NCBI GenBank assembly: GCA_000165425.1
Contig: CT868607.1
Coordinates: 186,001 to 250,000, forward strand
DNA: 64,000 nt
Reading direction: 5' to 3'
DNA from: Paramecium tetraurelia
Taxonomy: Eukaryota
Below are positions 12,568 through 25,864 of this stretch, piece by piece; the first letter of the stretch is position 1, and every line of letters begins with the position of its first letter. A model generated the notes under the pieces. The model worked only from the letters and a program-made list of their open reading frames with translations. It made no database searches and was not told where the DNA came from. The position numbers were made by a program, and so were the translations under genes.

Positions 12568-14080
12568 TCATATCATATTTCTAAGTCTACTAGCCAAGTT
12601 TCTTATGCCTGTCCACAAATCTATTGCTAATTATCCTACTGCTATAAAAAACTTCTTTATCAAATTTATTATTCCTCTTGTTATAATGACAATTAAATTC
12701 CAAATTGGATTCAAAATTGAATAATAAATAAAAGATCCAATAGCACTAATTATACTTACTAAACCCTAATTATAATAATATATGAATTACATTAAAAAGA
12801 TATTTACTCAATTACCATAATGGCAATAATATAAACTTATAAAGGCTAGTAGCTATTATTCGTATCATAGATACAAGGAAGTTGAATAATGGTTATAAAA
12901 TATATAAATAAATATTTTTAAGTATTAATTCGTAAAGTAGACGTATTATGATCCAAGTTAAACATCGATATAAATTTACACAAATTTAAAAATAAATGAA
13001 TTCAGCAATCTTAATAATTACTTTGATTATCACATCAACAATGATGAATCTTAAAAATTGATATAACTTTACGATTACAATTTCAAAAATGAAATCTATC
13101 AATATCCATTTTGTAACTTTACTCAATGGAACAATAATAAGCAGAATTAAAAAATCATATAAAATTATCTCTATCGCTCTGCCTAAATAAGATAACACTA
13201 TTTCATACAAAAATTTAACTATAAAATACTTGTATATATTGACTAAAATATAGGTATAAAAGTTAATTATTGACCATCTCAATCCTTTATATAAATTTAC
13301 TATAATGATGTTGCAAAAGATATCAACTACGAGAAATCTAATGACTCGCAAAATGATCAATATTATATATTCATAAAAGGGTTTGAGGATATATTTTACT
13401 GTGGATTTATATAGAAATTTAATAGTTTTTTTGATAGCGTAAAACAATTTTTCTACTATAAATATTATAGCAGTTTTGGTGGGAGTGAAGATATTAAGGT
13501 AAAAGCACATAGCTAAAGGAATAATAATTTTTAAGGATAAAGGCACAGTAATAAAAGCTGTGAATTCTTAGATGATTGATTGGAAATGAGCAAATTTGAA
13601 AATTGTATTGATGATAAATGTTGCATACCAGTCCAGGACACTTTTAGAGCATCTACCAATAAAATAGATGACTTAAAGTAATTTTTTGCCTATAAAAGCT
13701 AAGCAGGAGTATATAAATTTGAAAAGTATTGAAAGTAAATGGAATAGATACAAGAAAAATTAAGCGATTTTTCCGCAAACATAAAGCAAACAGCTGTAAA
13801 GTTGATTGGTACAAAAATAATAAAATAGAAATGCTAGGCCTTAGAGTATTTTCCAAAGAAGAACTAAGGGCAAAAGTGGAACAGCAATAATAAGTTTCAA
13901 GACTATGATTAAGATGTGATCACTTCTGTTGAGTAATCCACAACAATATTTGTCATCATTATTTTCTATGTCTTATATTTCATTTTATTATTGAGGTATG
14001 TTTGATTCTCGTGGTTATTCTTGTTATTCTTGTTATGCTTATCCTTATGGCTCTTCGTTTATGTCATAATATTAATTCAT
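12568..14080 (-). CDS. Hydrophobic/amphipathic helical-repeat membrane protein
   Basis: Acidic Q/E-rich N-terminus (MNQYYDINEEPQGQAQQEQ) followed by about 400 aa of I/L/F/Y-rich helices punctuated by K/R/P; in frame with supplied ORF 12986-13546. Confidence 0.75.
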
Positions 14081-14240
14081 GGAGAATTATTAAATTAATA
14101 GATTATTAAAGAAATCTCATAGGAGAAGTTGATAGGAATAACAAAAGCTAAGGAGATAAATGGACAATTGATTTCAGAATGTTTAAATTTCTTTAAATAA
14201 ATATTTTAATCCATAAATAAAATTAAGATTTTAAAACATA

Positions 14241-15416
14241 ATGAGTAAATAGGACCTTGAAATCACAGTTGGATGTAATATGATTTTAATATAAAATAGA
14301 AATTAGAAAGGCAATCCCTCAACATTTATTTAAGAAGAACGAGTTACGATTTTTGGTTTCCGTAGGCTAAGCTGTTAGTTGCACATTATTACTAACATAT
14401 TTAGCTTATAATTATATCCCCTTGACTTGGTTGGCCTTACCAATTTGGGTGGCATATGCCTTTCTAACAGGAACTGTGGCTACAGGAATATGTAAGATGA
14501 TTTATTTAAACTTAGGGGTTCTTGGTCATGAATGTGGACATTTTGCATTCTCAGATATTAAATGGTTAAATGATGTTTTAGGTTTCATATTGCATGAACC
14601 ATTGTTGGTACCATATTATTCATGGTAACATTCTCATGCACTTCATCATGCTAAGACAAATCATTTAACTGAAGGTGAAACACATAACCCAGTCATTCTT
14701 GATTCAAAGATGGGAAAAATATATTCAAAAATGAAAGATATTTTGGGAGTGGAATCTTTTGCTTGTGTTTAGATTTTCAATATAGCAGTGTTGGGATGGC
14801 CACTTTATCTATTACTTGGTGTCACAGGAGGATCAGCAAGAGGATTCACTAGTCATTTCATCGTACCCAACAAATTGTTCCCACCAAAAATGCTCGCCAA
14901 AGTTACTGCTTCAAATATTGGATTGTGTTTAGTTATTTATGGACTTTACAAATGGTATTAAGCTACCTCATTTGCTGAGGTGATGGCTTTGTATCTTGGT
15001 CCTTATTTGGTTGTAAATATGTGGTTGACTATTATCACATTCTTGTAACACACTGATGCTGATGTTCCTCATTATGATGAAACCGCCTGGACTTGGTTGA
15101 AAGGTATTTGAAATTATTTATTGTTAGGTGCTTTATGTACCATTGATAGAAATTACCCTCTATGGATTGATGCCTTACAATTCGAAATTGGTACCACTCA
15201 TGTTGTTCATCATGTCTTTTCCGAATTGCCTCATTACAATGCAAGAGTATTATATCATTTAAACAATAATAGGAAGCTAATGTCTATGTTAAACAAGTCA
15301 TTGGAGATTTGTACAATCAAGATGCCAAAAAATTGTGGACATCCCTCTATAATTCTGCCAGTCTTGTTGGAGTAGAACACAAAGGAAATGGGATCTGGAA
15401 ATTCGCTAAGGCTTGA
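14241..15416 (+). CDS. Membrane fatty acid desaturase, delta-12/omega-6 (FAD2-like)
   Basis: [10 protein letters not shown]; histidine boxes HECGH, HALHH and [18 protein letters not shown]. Confidence 0.95.
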
Positions 15417-15497
15417 TTATCATTTAGTATATATTGATCAACACATATTAACATCGAATATATTCTTATATTACAAATAATTTTAAATCTTTAAATT

Positions 15498-16773
15498 ATG
15501 AGCAAAAAGGATAAAGATTATACAGGGTAACTTCTTGTTTTGTAATAATTTTAGATTTCCTGGCGATTGCAATCAAACTTAACTAAAAGCTTTGGCTGAT
15601 TTCAGAAACATTGTAAATGCTATGGGATTGAGCGATAAAGTTTACGATGATCCATATCTCTTGAGATTTCTAAGGGCAAGGAAATTTGATATTAACAAAA
15701 CTCAATTAATGTTTAATGACTTTATTAAATGGCGTAAAGAAAACGATGTTGATAACATTATGGTAATATTTAAATAATCTTAGACATATATGTTTGAAGA
15801 ATTACCACAAGTAAGAACCTACTATCCTCACGGTTATCACAAAACAGATAAAATGGTATTAAATTTGTAAATTATTTAAGGGAAGACCCCTCTATATCGA
15901 AAGAATTGGAATGTTATAATTAAATAAACTTTTTGAAATCACCTCAGAATAAAGATTGATCAAATATTACATTCAATCATATGAATTATTACTTAAAAGG
16001 ATATTTCCTGCATGTTCTTAAGCAAAAGGTACTAGAATTGATTAAACATTCACAATTTTGGATCTCAAAGGTGGATCAATGAAGATGGTCTCTAAACAAG
16101 TCTATAACTTCATTCAATTAGCATCAAATGTTGGTTAAAATAATTATCCTGAGATATTGGGAAAGTAAATCTTTCATTAAATTTATTAGGATGTATATTG
16201 TAAATGCTCCTATGATGTTTACTGGTATATGGGCCATGATTAAAATATGGTTGGATGAAAAGACAAAAAATAAAATCACAATTTTGGGTTCAAGTTACAA
16301 AGATGAATTATTGAAACACATCGACATTGATAATTTACCTGACTTTTTGGGCGGAAATTCCAAATGTGAAAACACAGATGACTCTTTCCTTGAACATCGG
16401 TCCATGGAATCCTGATGGCACTAAACCACTCTTTCCAGTTGAATAACCTGCAAAATAAGAGTATTTATTATTCCCATGAAAATAGAGAGGAGACTCAAGA
16501 ATTAAATTAAACCTAAGAGGACGAAGATTAAAAATAGAAATTTGATCAATTGAAATCAGCATTAGCAGATATGTAGTTTGCATCACCAACTGAAAAAGCC
16601 CCTCATAATCCTAATAAGTATGAGGTCACCACTTAAAATAATCACGTGGTTAGTGATACACCTCTTAACACAGAAGTGGTAAGAATATATAATTTTTACA
16701 TTAGGGCGAAGAGGACAATCAATTTTCATAATAATAATAACAATAATTATAATAATAATTACAACAGGATTGA
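15498..16773 (+). CDS. SEC14: Sec14/CRAL-TRIO lipid transfer protein (apparent +1 frame disruption near 16381)
   Basis: DDPYLLRFLRARKFD, YYPHGYHKTDKMGRPLYIER, TILDLKG, NYPEILG, NAPMMF, LPDFLGG, followed by NIGPW in the +1 frame. Confidence 0.92.
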
Positions 16774-16836
16774 TTTAGACATTAAACATATAAATATATA
16801 TTTCATATAAAAATCAATTATTTTCATATTATAATT

Positions 16837-17854
16837 ATGAGAAGTGCAGACTTAAAAAATATTATCGTTAACCATGCCCCTAATCATCATTCCAAAAATC
16901 CTGGTTGGGAATACTTTCCATCTTCTTAAATTAAATGTTAAGTAGAAGCAGCCTAAAAAAAAGAATTAGCCAAACCAACTCCACCATCTATTAAAATCAA
17001 AACTCTAGAATTAAAAGCAAAATACACTGATAAGACCAAACCTAAACATATATTTAAAAAGACTGATTTAAAGGAAATTGCAAAAAAGAAGAGAGATGAG
17101 TTATAAAATTGGATAACAGAGGAAAATAATCTAAGAAAAGGCATCTAGAAATAACATAAATGCAAGCCAGCCCCTTCTGTAAAAGAAGATGAACCTAATG
17201 ATTAATGGCCTGAAATGAACGAAGATTAATAATAAGAAAATAATGATTAAAACGAAGAATAAGAAGAATAAGAAGAAGCAGAATAAAATTAAAGTTAATA
17301 GGAAGAATAAAATGAAAAAGTAAAGAGTAAGAAGATAGATGATGAAGATTAAGAAGAAGGTTAAGGTTAAGAAGAAGAAGAATAAGGTAAATAAGATTAT
17401 GAAGAAGAATAATAAGGTTAAGATGAATAAGATAATTAAGATTAATAAGAAGATTAATAAGAGAAATAAGATGAATAAGAAGAATAATATTAATAAGATG
17501 ATTATGAATAAGATGATCAATAATTTAATGAATCTCAAGCAAATTCAAAAATTAAGTCAAAGTAATCTAATAAAATAGAAAACTCACAAAGTTCGAACTC
17601 TTAAAAATAAAGTTAAAGATATAGTTAAAGCAATAATAAAAGCAATATTTAAAAAGATGTCAACTTAGAAATAAATGAAAACAAGAGTGAAGTAAAATCT
17701 ATCGTTTCTAACTCATTTGTTAAGAATTAATCTAAGGTCATTAACAAATCAGTGAATACAAGTTCATTAATGTTTTATAAATCACAAGTTGCAGATGTAT
17801 TACATTTAATATATTAAATAGCAAATGAGATCTTTGATGGATGAATTTGAATGA
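16837..17854 (+). CDS. Hypothetical protein with a long acidic Q/E/D low-complexity tract
   Basis: Open table-6 frame MRSADLKNIIVNH...EDQQQENNDQNEEQEEQ...; one intron near 17797-17821. Confidence 0.7.
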
Positions 17855-17932
17855 ACTTTCCATTTATACTCAATAATTACTGACCCTATATAAATATAAT
17901 AATTTAGATAATTAAAATATAGTTAATAAAGT

Positions 17933-19037
17933 TCATTATTTATATTGACATAGTGAAGCAATCGATCTTGCTCTTATACTTTGGTTATGTAAATTCTAGA
18001 TCATTTCCGAAAGTTAACATTATTCTTCTGAGATCTCAAAAGTTTAATTCATACTATTCTACAATTCTAACGAAGAATTAATTTTATCATCAAATAGAGT
18101 GGCAGCATTGATTTTTACAAAATCTTTGGATACGATGTTTTCTAAGTCATCCTCTTTAATGATACTGAGTTTGTTTTTATGATTTCTATTTGATCTCGAA
18201 GACAGCTACCTTGAAGCCTATTTGAATTTTATTTTATTTTCATCACTTAGACATTAAGTAATAATTCTATAAATTATTTTTTTTAAATGAAGATATGGTG
18301 GAGGATTTGTGGATTATAATTTAGAAAGCAATTCAAAGTAACTTCTAAAAAAGATACTGCTTTAGTTCGATCCTTAATTTCCATTTGATTTGTTATTAAG
18401 TTCATCTGATAAATATTTAAAAATACTTACAATCGACTAGATGCATTAGTAGATGACCTAAACTTTCTAAATCATCCTTAAATGTTATAGTACAACCATT
18501 AGTTAATGACTTACTCCAAAACTTCTTATCTTTAAATAATACTTTTTCTCTATCATCCAAGTGGTTTAAATAAAATCCGTGTAAATAAACTTGATTTTTT
18601 AAGATAGATATATTTTATGGACTTAGATTAGTATGATAAACATTGCGAGCATGTATTCTTTCTAATATTCCGAGAAGTTATTGTCCTATATAAATTATGG
18701 TCGTTGAGCCTAGTTACTTTTTTGCATCAATGTATTATTACAAACTGTGCCCTGTTTATTCAGAGACTATGTAGAACCTTTATTAAATTAAATATGTATA
18801 CTTTGAAGTTGATGTATATCCATAATCAATAATCTCTGGAATTCCAGCTATTCCTCTTAAGCCAAGAAGAATTTTCACTTCTACTCCTAAAGTCCGCTAC
18901 CTGTAATGAGAATTGTGGAAATTTGAAATTTTTAACTGCACAGGTCTCATTGTTGCTTATTCTTTTGCGAAATAAACCATAAATTCAGAGTCGACATAGC
19001 CGAGTTTAATTTCTACAAAGCGGGATAATTGAAACAT
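17933..19037 (-). CDS. Casein kinase 1-like pseudokinase
   Basis: EVKILLGLRGIAGIPEIIDYG, LERIHARNVYHTNLSPQNI and KDDLESLGHLLMHL (CK1 signature); HRD and DFG motifs are absent. Confidence 0.75.
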
Positions 19038-20010
19038 ATTTGATACGATTTAAATTATGCAAATTACAGTAAATTCATTATGATTAGAATCATAAATACT
19101 GATTATAATTATTATGTTGTGATCATTTTATTAATTATGATATCAGATTATTAATAATTACTATAGAATTGAATTAAATTTAAAATCTGAGGTTATTTAC
19201 TTGTTTTTCTCTACTTCCCATAAGAATGATTAATATTTAAATTTCAATTTAAAAATAATAACAAATATTAATGATATCTTTTAATTTGCATGATATTTAT
19301 AAATTATAAATATAAATATAAGATAATGTCTATTTAAATAGTTCTTAGACTAGCAATATATTTTTATTTTTTTCTATTTCTAGTTGAACATCATTACAGA
19401 ATTTAAATTCAAAAAACAAATTTAATTATTTTAATTTGACAGTTGGCCTTAACATTATTTTCCCTCTAAGTAAAGTTCCTTTTAAATAAACTAAATGTTT
19501 TCTCTATGCGACTAGGCATTCACTATTAAAATTGGATTGTATTACACATGTTATAATTCTAATTTTTATTAAGTCAAATTATTTTTGATTATTGCAATTA
19601 ATGGATTTTCAAAATTTTAAAATTTGGATAGATTTTAATATAGTTATTGTTGAATCGAAATAGCATTATCAGAACTGATTTTAAGACAGTCTATGTATTT
19701 GTAGATTTGCTCATTATAGCTTATTTTGTTATTCCTCTGATTGATTATATCCTTTTTAGTTGAGTTTATCGACATCCATCTTTTAATGTGATAATTACAA
19801 TTGTCAATTAATTAATAAGTTTGTGATATCATTTTGAACACCATAAGTTTTATGCTAACTACAAAATAGTAAAAATATTTATTTTTAATTAATTTGAATG
19901 TTATGCAATTACTGTACTTAGGAAACAATATAAATTAATTAAATTAATATTATAAAGCATAAAAAATAATTAAAAATAATTATTGGTTGACATTAAAATG
20001 TAATAATAAA

Positions 20011-21299
20011 TCACTTCTTTTAATAAATCATCAAATAATCATTATTTATTGTGATATTGGGACTCTATCTTGGGATTGTCTAAAATCCAGATCCTAATGA
20101 ATTATTAATTATTTATTACCAAAAAGTGGATGATCTTTAACATGAGCATTCAAGATAGTTTTTATATATAGATTTGCTAATGATAAAAATTGTGACTTAG
20201 GTGGATATTTCTCATTGAAGGATTAAATTACATCATCCAATTAAAACCTGTACGATGTACAAACAACTTCAATCTGTGATAATACTTAATAAAAATTAAG
20301 ATTTAGAACTACAGCTAAATTCAAAGTCAACAATTTTATATTATCCTCTGAGAAGTAAAAATTGCATTCATAATTAAGTGTTATATTTAGTGGATTATAC
20401 ACAGGAATTTTAGTAAGATTGCACCATCCAGTCACTGGAGTAATTGGATTAACCTTTTCTAAATTATATAAAATATTTTGAAAGGATCCAATTAAAAATT
20501 GAAAATCGGCACTCTTCCAGTTGTTGTTCAATTCAATATTGAAATAGTTTTAATTGTAAGAATACTGTATAATTGATTAAATGATTGAAGTAGAAAATAA
20601 TTCCAATTATTGATATTGATTGCTATTGATGGGTAATTAAGTTTAAACACAAATATTGTTGTTGTAATTCTTGATTATTAACTATCCGGCAAGAGTAATT
20701 TGATAATTTTGATTTTGAATGTTATTTGATTGATAAGTGAAGTCAATTTCTAATGATTATCCATTCATATTTTTGTATGTATAAGTATAATCTGGAAAAA
20801 TAGGTTGAAATTAAAATTAAATGGCGTTAAATAGTTGATTAAGCTAAGGGGGGATTTAAGCAACTAGTAGAGATACTAAGGATTAATAGTATTAGTAGTA
20901 ATTATACAAACCAATAAAACTGAATTGTGTTGGTGAATTGTACTATATGGAATTAGATTCAAAAGTATTGGTTTATGTGTTGAATGATAATTTCATATTA
21001 AATTAAACATCTTGGAGAATTGCTTATCCAATTGATTGGAATGTATTATTTGTAAAGGCGTATGAGATGGCTTATTTAAGGTAGATAGTGATTTGTCCGA
21101 TATTAGTGTATGAATGATTGATATGATGTGTGTAGATAGTGATGTTGGTCAATTCTAGTGTGTCTTATAAAGTTTAGGTTTTGGATAACTATTAGATGAT
21201 GTGATTGATTGGAATGAGGGAGTTGATATCTGTGATATTTGCATACGTTGATTCATATTCACAAGCAAAAGTCAAATTGATTAAAATGAGGAATAACAT
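20011..21299 (-). CDS. Secreted or surface hypothetical glycoprotein (3' end approximate)
   Basis: Signal-like MLFLILINLTFAC, many N-x-S/T sites, open table-6 frame that includes supplied ORF 20286-20531. Confidence 0.6.
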
Positions 21300-21459
21300 A
21301 TATTAAATAATTTATACACGTTTAGATGTTACCCTAAAAGAAACCCTAATATGAATTATTAGGCGTGTAGAATCCTGAAAAAGAGCAGTTCATCAAATTC
21401 ATTTAATTCGACCATTTGGATATCAAGGGGATAATATTCCTGATAAGTCCTTTGGGAAC

Positions 21460-23819
21460 ATGCATTTTATTATAAGTAATGATTTGTTGAATGTTTGTTT
21501 AGATTTTGGGTTTTTCCTATCTAATACAATTCATAAGTACTGTATTGCATATATCGATTATCACAATAATCTTTGCGACGTGTATTTTGGATCAAATACT
21601 AAGACATGATGATGTAAGATTTGAATGTAAATAAAAAAGGGCACGAAAGAAATGAAGAAAATAGCATATTCAATAGAGGAGGGAGCAGAAGGTTTTTTCA
21701 AGGCATAATATGGGACAATCTGTAATTTGAGTTTGATATTCGCATTGTTAATATTTCTGGTATATTGGCAAAAGGGATCAGGGGAATTGGAGAAGGATGA
21801 GATACCAGTAGGAGGATTAATAATAGGACTCTTAGAAGGAGGATCATTTTTATTTGGAGCATTCTGTTCTGGATTTGCAGGATTTGCGGGAATGTGGGTT
21901 AGCATTAAAGCCAATTCAAGAGTTGCAAGTGCAGCAAGAACTTGTTATAATAAAGCGATTTAATTGGCATTTAGAGGGGGTTATTTTGCTGCTGTAATCA
22001 ATATAGCTTTAGCAATATTTGGGATAAGTGTATTATTCTTGGTGATATACTTTTATTGTTATATTACAATAACAGATCAATAGAAATTAAATGAATAAAT
22101 AGATAAAATACCATTATTGTTGATTGGATATGGATTTGGTGCTTCATTTGTAGCTATGTTTGCATAATTGGGAGGTGGAATCTATACAAAAGCTGCTGAT
22201 GTTGGAGCTGATTTGATTGGCAAAATAGAGAATGATATCCCAGAAGATGACCCTAGGAATCCAGCAGTGATTGCTGATCTTGTTGGTGATAATGTGGGTG
22301 ACTGTGCTGGTTAAAGTGCAGATCTCTTTGAATCTATCACAGCTGAAATATTGAGTGCTATGATATTGGGAGCAACATTGACACACGAAGCTAATCTTCA
22401 TATCAATTATAAAGTCACTTTTATGCTGTTCCCTTTGGTAGTGCATTGTTTAGACATTATATCATCTACAATTGGGATGTATTTTGTACGCACTCAACCA
22501 GGAATTCCAAATAAATATATTGAAGATCCCTTGTGTATTATGAAGAAGGGGTATAGAATAGCTATGATAATTGGATTCTTTGGGTTCTTTTTCATTTGCC
22601 ATCATTGTTTAAATCCTTTGTAACATAAAGATGCATGGCTCTATTTTGGAATGTGTGGACTAATCGGAATCATCATCTCTTATTTATTTATTGAAGTGAC
22701 TCAGTATTATACGGATTATCATTATGAACCTGTGAAGACAATAGCCTAAGCAAGTAAAACAGGCCATGCAACCAACATCATAGCTGGATTAAGTGTGGGA
22801 TTGGAATCAACTGGCATTCCAATACTTATCATTAGTGTAGGAGTCTTGGGAGCATACTATTTAGGAGAGTAGAGTGGTATCAAGAATCATTAAGGAGAAT
22901 TGATAGGCGGATTGTTTGGAACTGCTATTGCAACTATGGGTATGTTTTGTACTGGAGTCTACATATTATCAATGGCAGCATTTGGACCTATAGCTGATAA
23001 TGCTGGAGGCATAGTTGGAAATGAGTGGTTGTGATGAATAAGTGCGTTAGATTACAGATAGATTAGATGCAGTGGGAAATGTTACTAAAGCTAATGCAAA
23101 GGGATACTCAGTTGGTTCAGCCTCTTTGGCTTCTTTCTTGTTGTTCAGAGCCTTTATAGACGAGGTCAATTTCTTGTCACCTACTAAGAAAATATTGGAT
23201 ATTGATATCACATAACCTGAAATATTCATATCTGGATTGATAGGAGCTTGTACGGTATTCGTATTCAGCAGTTGGGCTTTGAGAGCAGTTGGAAATGCAG
23301 CACAAGATGTTATCAAGGAAGTTCGTAGATAATTTAGAGAAAATGAAGGTATATTGTAAGGTACAGCTTAACCAAATTATAAATAATGTGTGGAGATTGT
23401 TACCAAAGCTGGATTAAGGGAAATGATCAAACCTGGATTATTGAGTGTCCTAACTCCTTTAATTTTGGGCATAGCATTAAGAGCGATCAATGTTGTGAGA
23501 ATGTAAGAGTTACTACCAGCCAAAGCCATTTGTGCTTTTTTGATGTTTTCTACTTGCACTGGGATTCTGTAGGCGTTATTCTTAAATAATGCAGGAGGTG
23601 CTTGGGACAATAGCAAGAAGTATATAGAGACAGGAGAATTGGGAGGGAAAGGAAGTGAGACTCATAAGGCGGCTGTAACAGGGGTAATAGTGAATGATTT
23701 CTATATTATAGGATACGGTTGGAGATCCATGCAAGGACACAGCAGGGCCATCCATTCATATCTTAATTAAATTATATTCTACTATTACGATCGTTATGGT
23801 TCCATTATTTGTGGATTGA
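21460..23819 (+). CDS. H+-translocating pyrophosphatase, K+-independent type II (one +1 frame disruption at about 23017)
   Basis: [71 protein letters not shown] (Lys form = K+-independent), [27 protein letters not shown]. Confidence 0.95.
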
Positions 23820-23873
23820 ATGTTGTGTTATAATTATTTATCAAATTAAATTTATTAATTTTATTTATTTAAT

Positions 23874-24369
23874 ATGCTAAGTCCATCATAATATTAACAA
23901 CTATAAAGATTGTCTCCATAAAGAGTGAGCATGCCTGGGATGTCTCGAGTGGTAATCAATCTTATAAATGAAGCCTGCCTTCGTAAAGACCAGAGAAGTT
24001 CGAATGCCCTCTCCTGCCAAACAATACTCTCCTACTAAATATGTGATTCACAATCCTCCATTGTATATGAGATCTCGAATGGCCAGTACTGAGGACATTC
24101 CATCAATGCCTTCAGAATCCAAAAATATCAACAATGATAGAAAGTATTCAATGCACATCGATCCAAAAACACAATAAATATCTCATCTCAATGAAATAAT
24201 TCAATAGCAACAACAATAGATCTTGACACAGGAGAGTAAAGTGGCGTTGCTGTAGAATGAGGTCAATGCTTGGAAACAGAAGTTCATTGAACTCAATCAG
24301 AAATATCACTAAATGTAAGAAAAGTACTATCTTGCTGATACTGAATTATAACATTATAAATAATAATGA
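23874..24369 (+). CDS. Small hypothetical protein with an SP-rich N-terminus and C-terminal coiled coil
   Basis: MLSPSQYQQLQRLSPQR, a 22-nt intron, then ...QESKVALLQNEVNAWKQKF...ELQHYKQQ-TGA. Confidence 0.7.
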
Positions 24370-25864
24370 GTGAAAATATTGATGAACATATTCTCAAAAA
24401 ATATGAGGTCATCTAACGTATTGGTAAAGGAGCCTATGGAATAGTATGGAAAGCCAAGGATCTTAAAACTCTAAAAGTAGTTGCTCTCAAAAAAGTGTTT
24501 GATGCATTCAATAATCCCACTGATGCTCAGCGCACATATAGAGAAGTATAATTGTATTCTCAAAGTGTGTTAGGTGACATTCCTTAAATAGCTCAAGCAC
24601 CCTAACATTGTCTCCATTATTGAAACCTACCCTGCTAATAACAAAATTGATCTCTATATTGTATTTGAATATATGGAAACAGATTTACACATTGCCATCA
24701 GAGCTAACATATTATAGGCAGAGCACCGCCGCTACATTACATATTAATTAATTAAAGCATTGAAATACATACATTCAGCAGGAATGATACATCGGTAATT
24801 TATTCAGATTTACAACTAGTGATCTAAAACCTGCCAATATTTTGATCGATTCAGAATGCTAAATAAAATTGGCAGACTTCGGTCTAGCACGCATGGTTGG
24901 ATCACAAGATTCTGATATCTTAACTGATTATGTGGCTACCAGATGGTTCAGAGCTCCTGAAATTCTCCTCGGTTCCAAATCATACTCCTATGGTATCGAC
25001 CTATGGTCTGTTGGTTGTCTTATGGGAGAAATGATCCTAGGAAAAGCATTGTTCTCTGGCAACAGTACCATCAATTAACTTGAAAAGATAGTTGACATTC
25101 TTGGTAGTCCCAATTAGCAAGAAATACTTGCCATGGGTGGACAATCACAAATCTTTCAAAACTAATTTAGACCATCTAAACAAAAACTTAATTCATTACT
25201 CGGTTGTCCCAAGGATGAATTAGACATCATATCCAAATTACTCCAGTATGACCCCACCAAGCGATTGAGCATTGATGAATGCTTAAAACATTCTTATTTT
25301 AAAGAATATCGCAATACCAAAGAAGAAATTACTTATCATGGATCTATAATGCTTTAATTATAAGATGATAAGTAATATCCTATCTCTACATACAGAGATG
25401 TTCTATATAAAAAAATGGATTATTCAAGAATCATCACCTTAGTTAATAAACAAAAGAAGCTTGTTGAAGAGTTAGAACTCAAAAAACAGCAAAAATGCTT
25501 TAAGTAACTGATTGAATAAAAAAGTGCATAAAGTATCAAATAATATAGAAGTAGTTAATTTTTGAAAAATACTTATTCAAATTCAAATTTATTAGATAAA
25601 AGTCCTTTAAATAAATCCTCATAATAATAGCAATAAAATACACAATAGCAATAATAAAATTCTACCTCTAACATCAAAAACAAACTGAAGTCTATTTGTC
25701 AACAATCTGAAGCAAGACAAAGAAGTGCCATATTTAAATAATCTAATTCTTCATCCAAATACAATATACTTCATAATGTCACTAACACATCCTTGAGTCC
25801 ACACTCTGCCATTAATTCAAGGTATCTGCCTAACAGATTTCATCAAAAAAACAATGATTTTTGA
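24366..25864 (+). CDS. MAPK15: MAP kinase, ERK7/MAPK15 family
   Basis: [30 protein letters not shown]...[33 protein letters not shown], activation loop LTDYVATRW. Confidence 0.93.

Noticed and set aside
17131..17578. Supplied ORFs resembling a poly-hydrophobic membrane protein (-) and a K/N/M-rich protein (+)
   Set aside because: They are antisense and off-frame shadows of the Q/E/D-rich tract of the real gene at 16837-17854.
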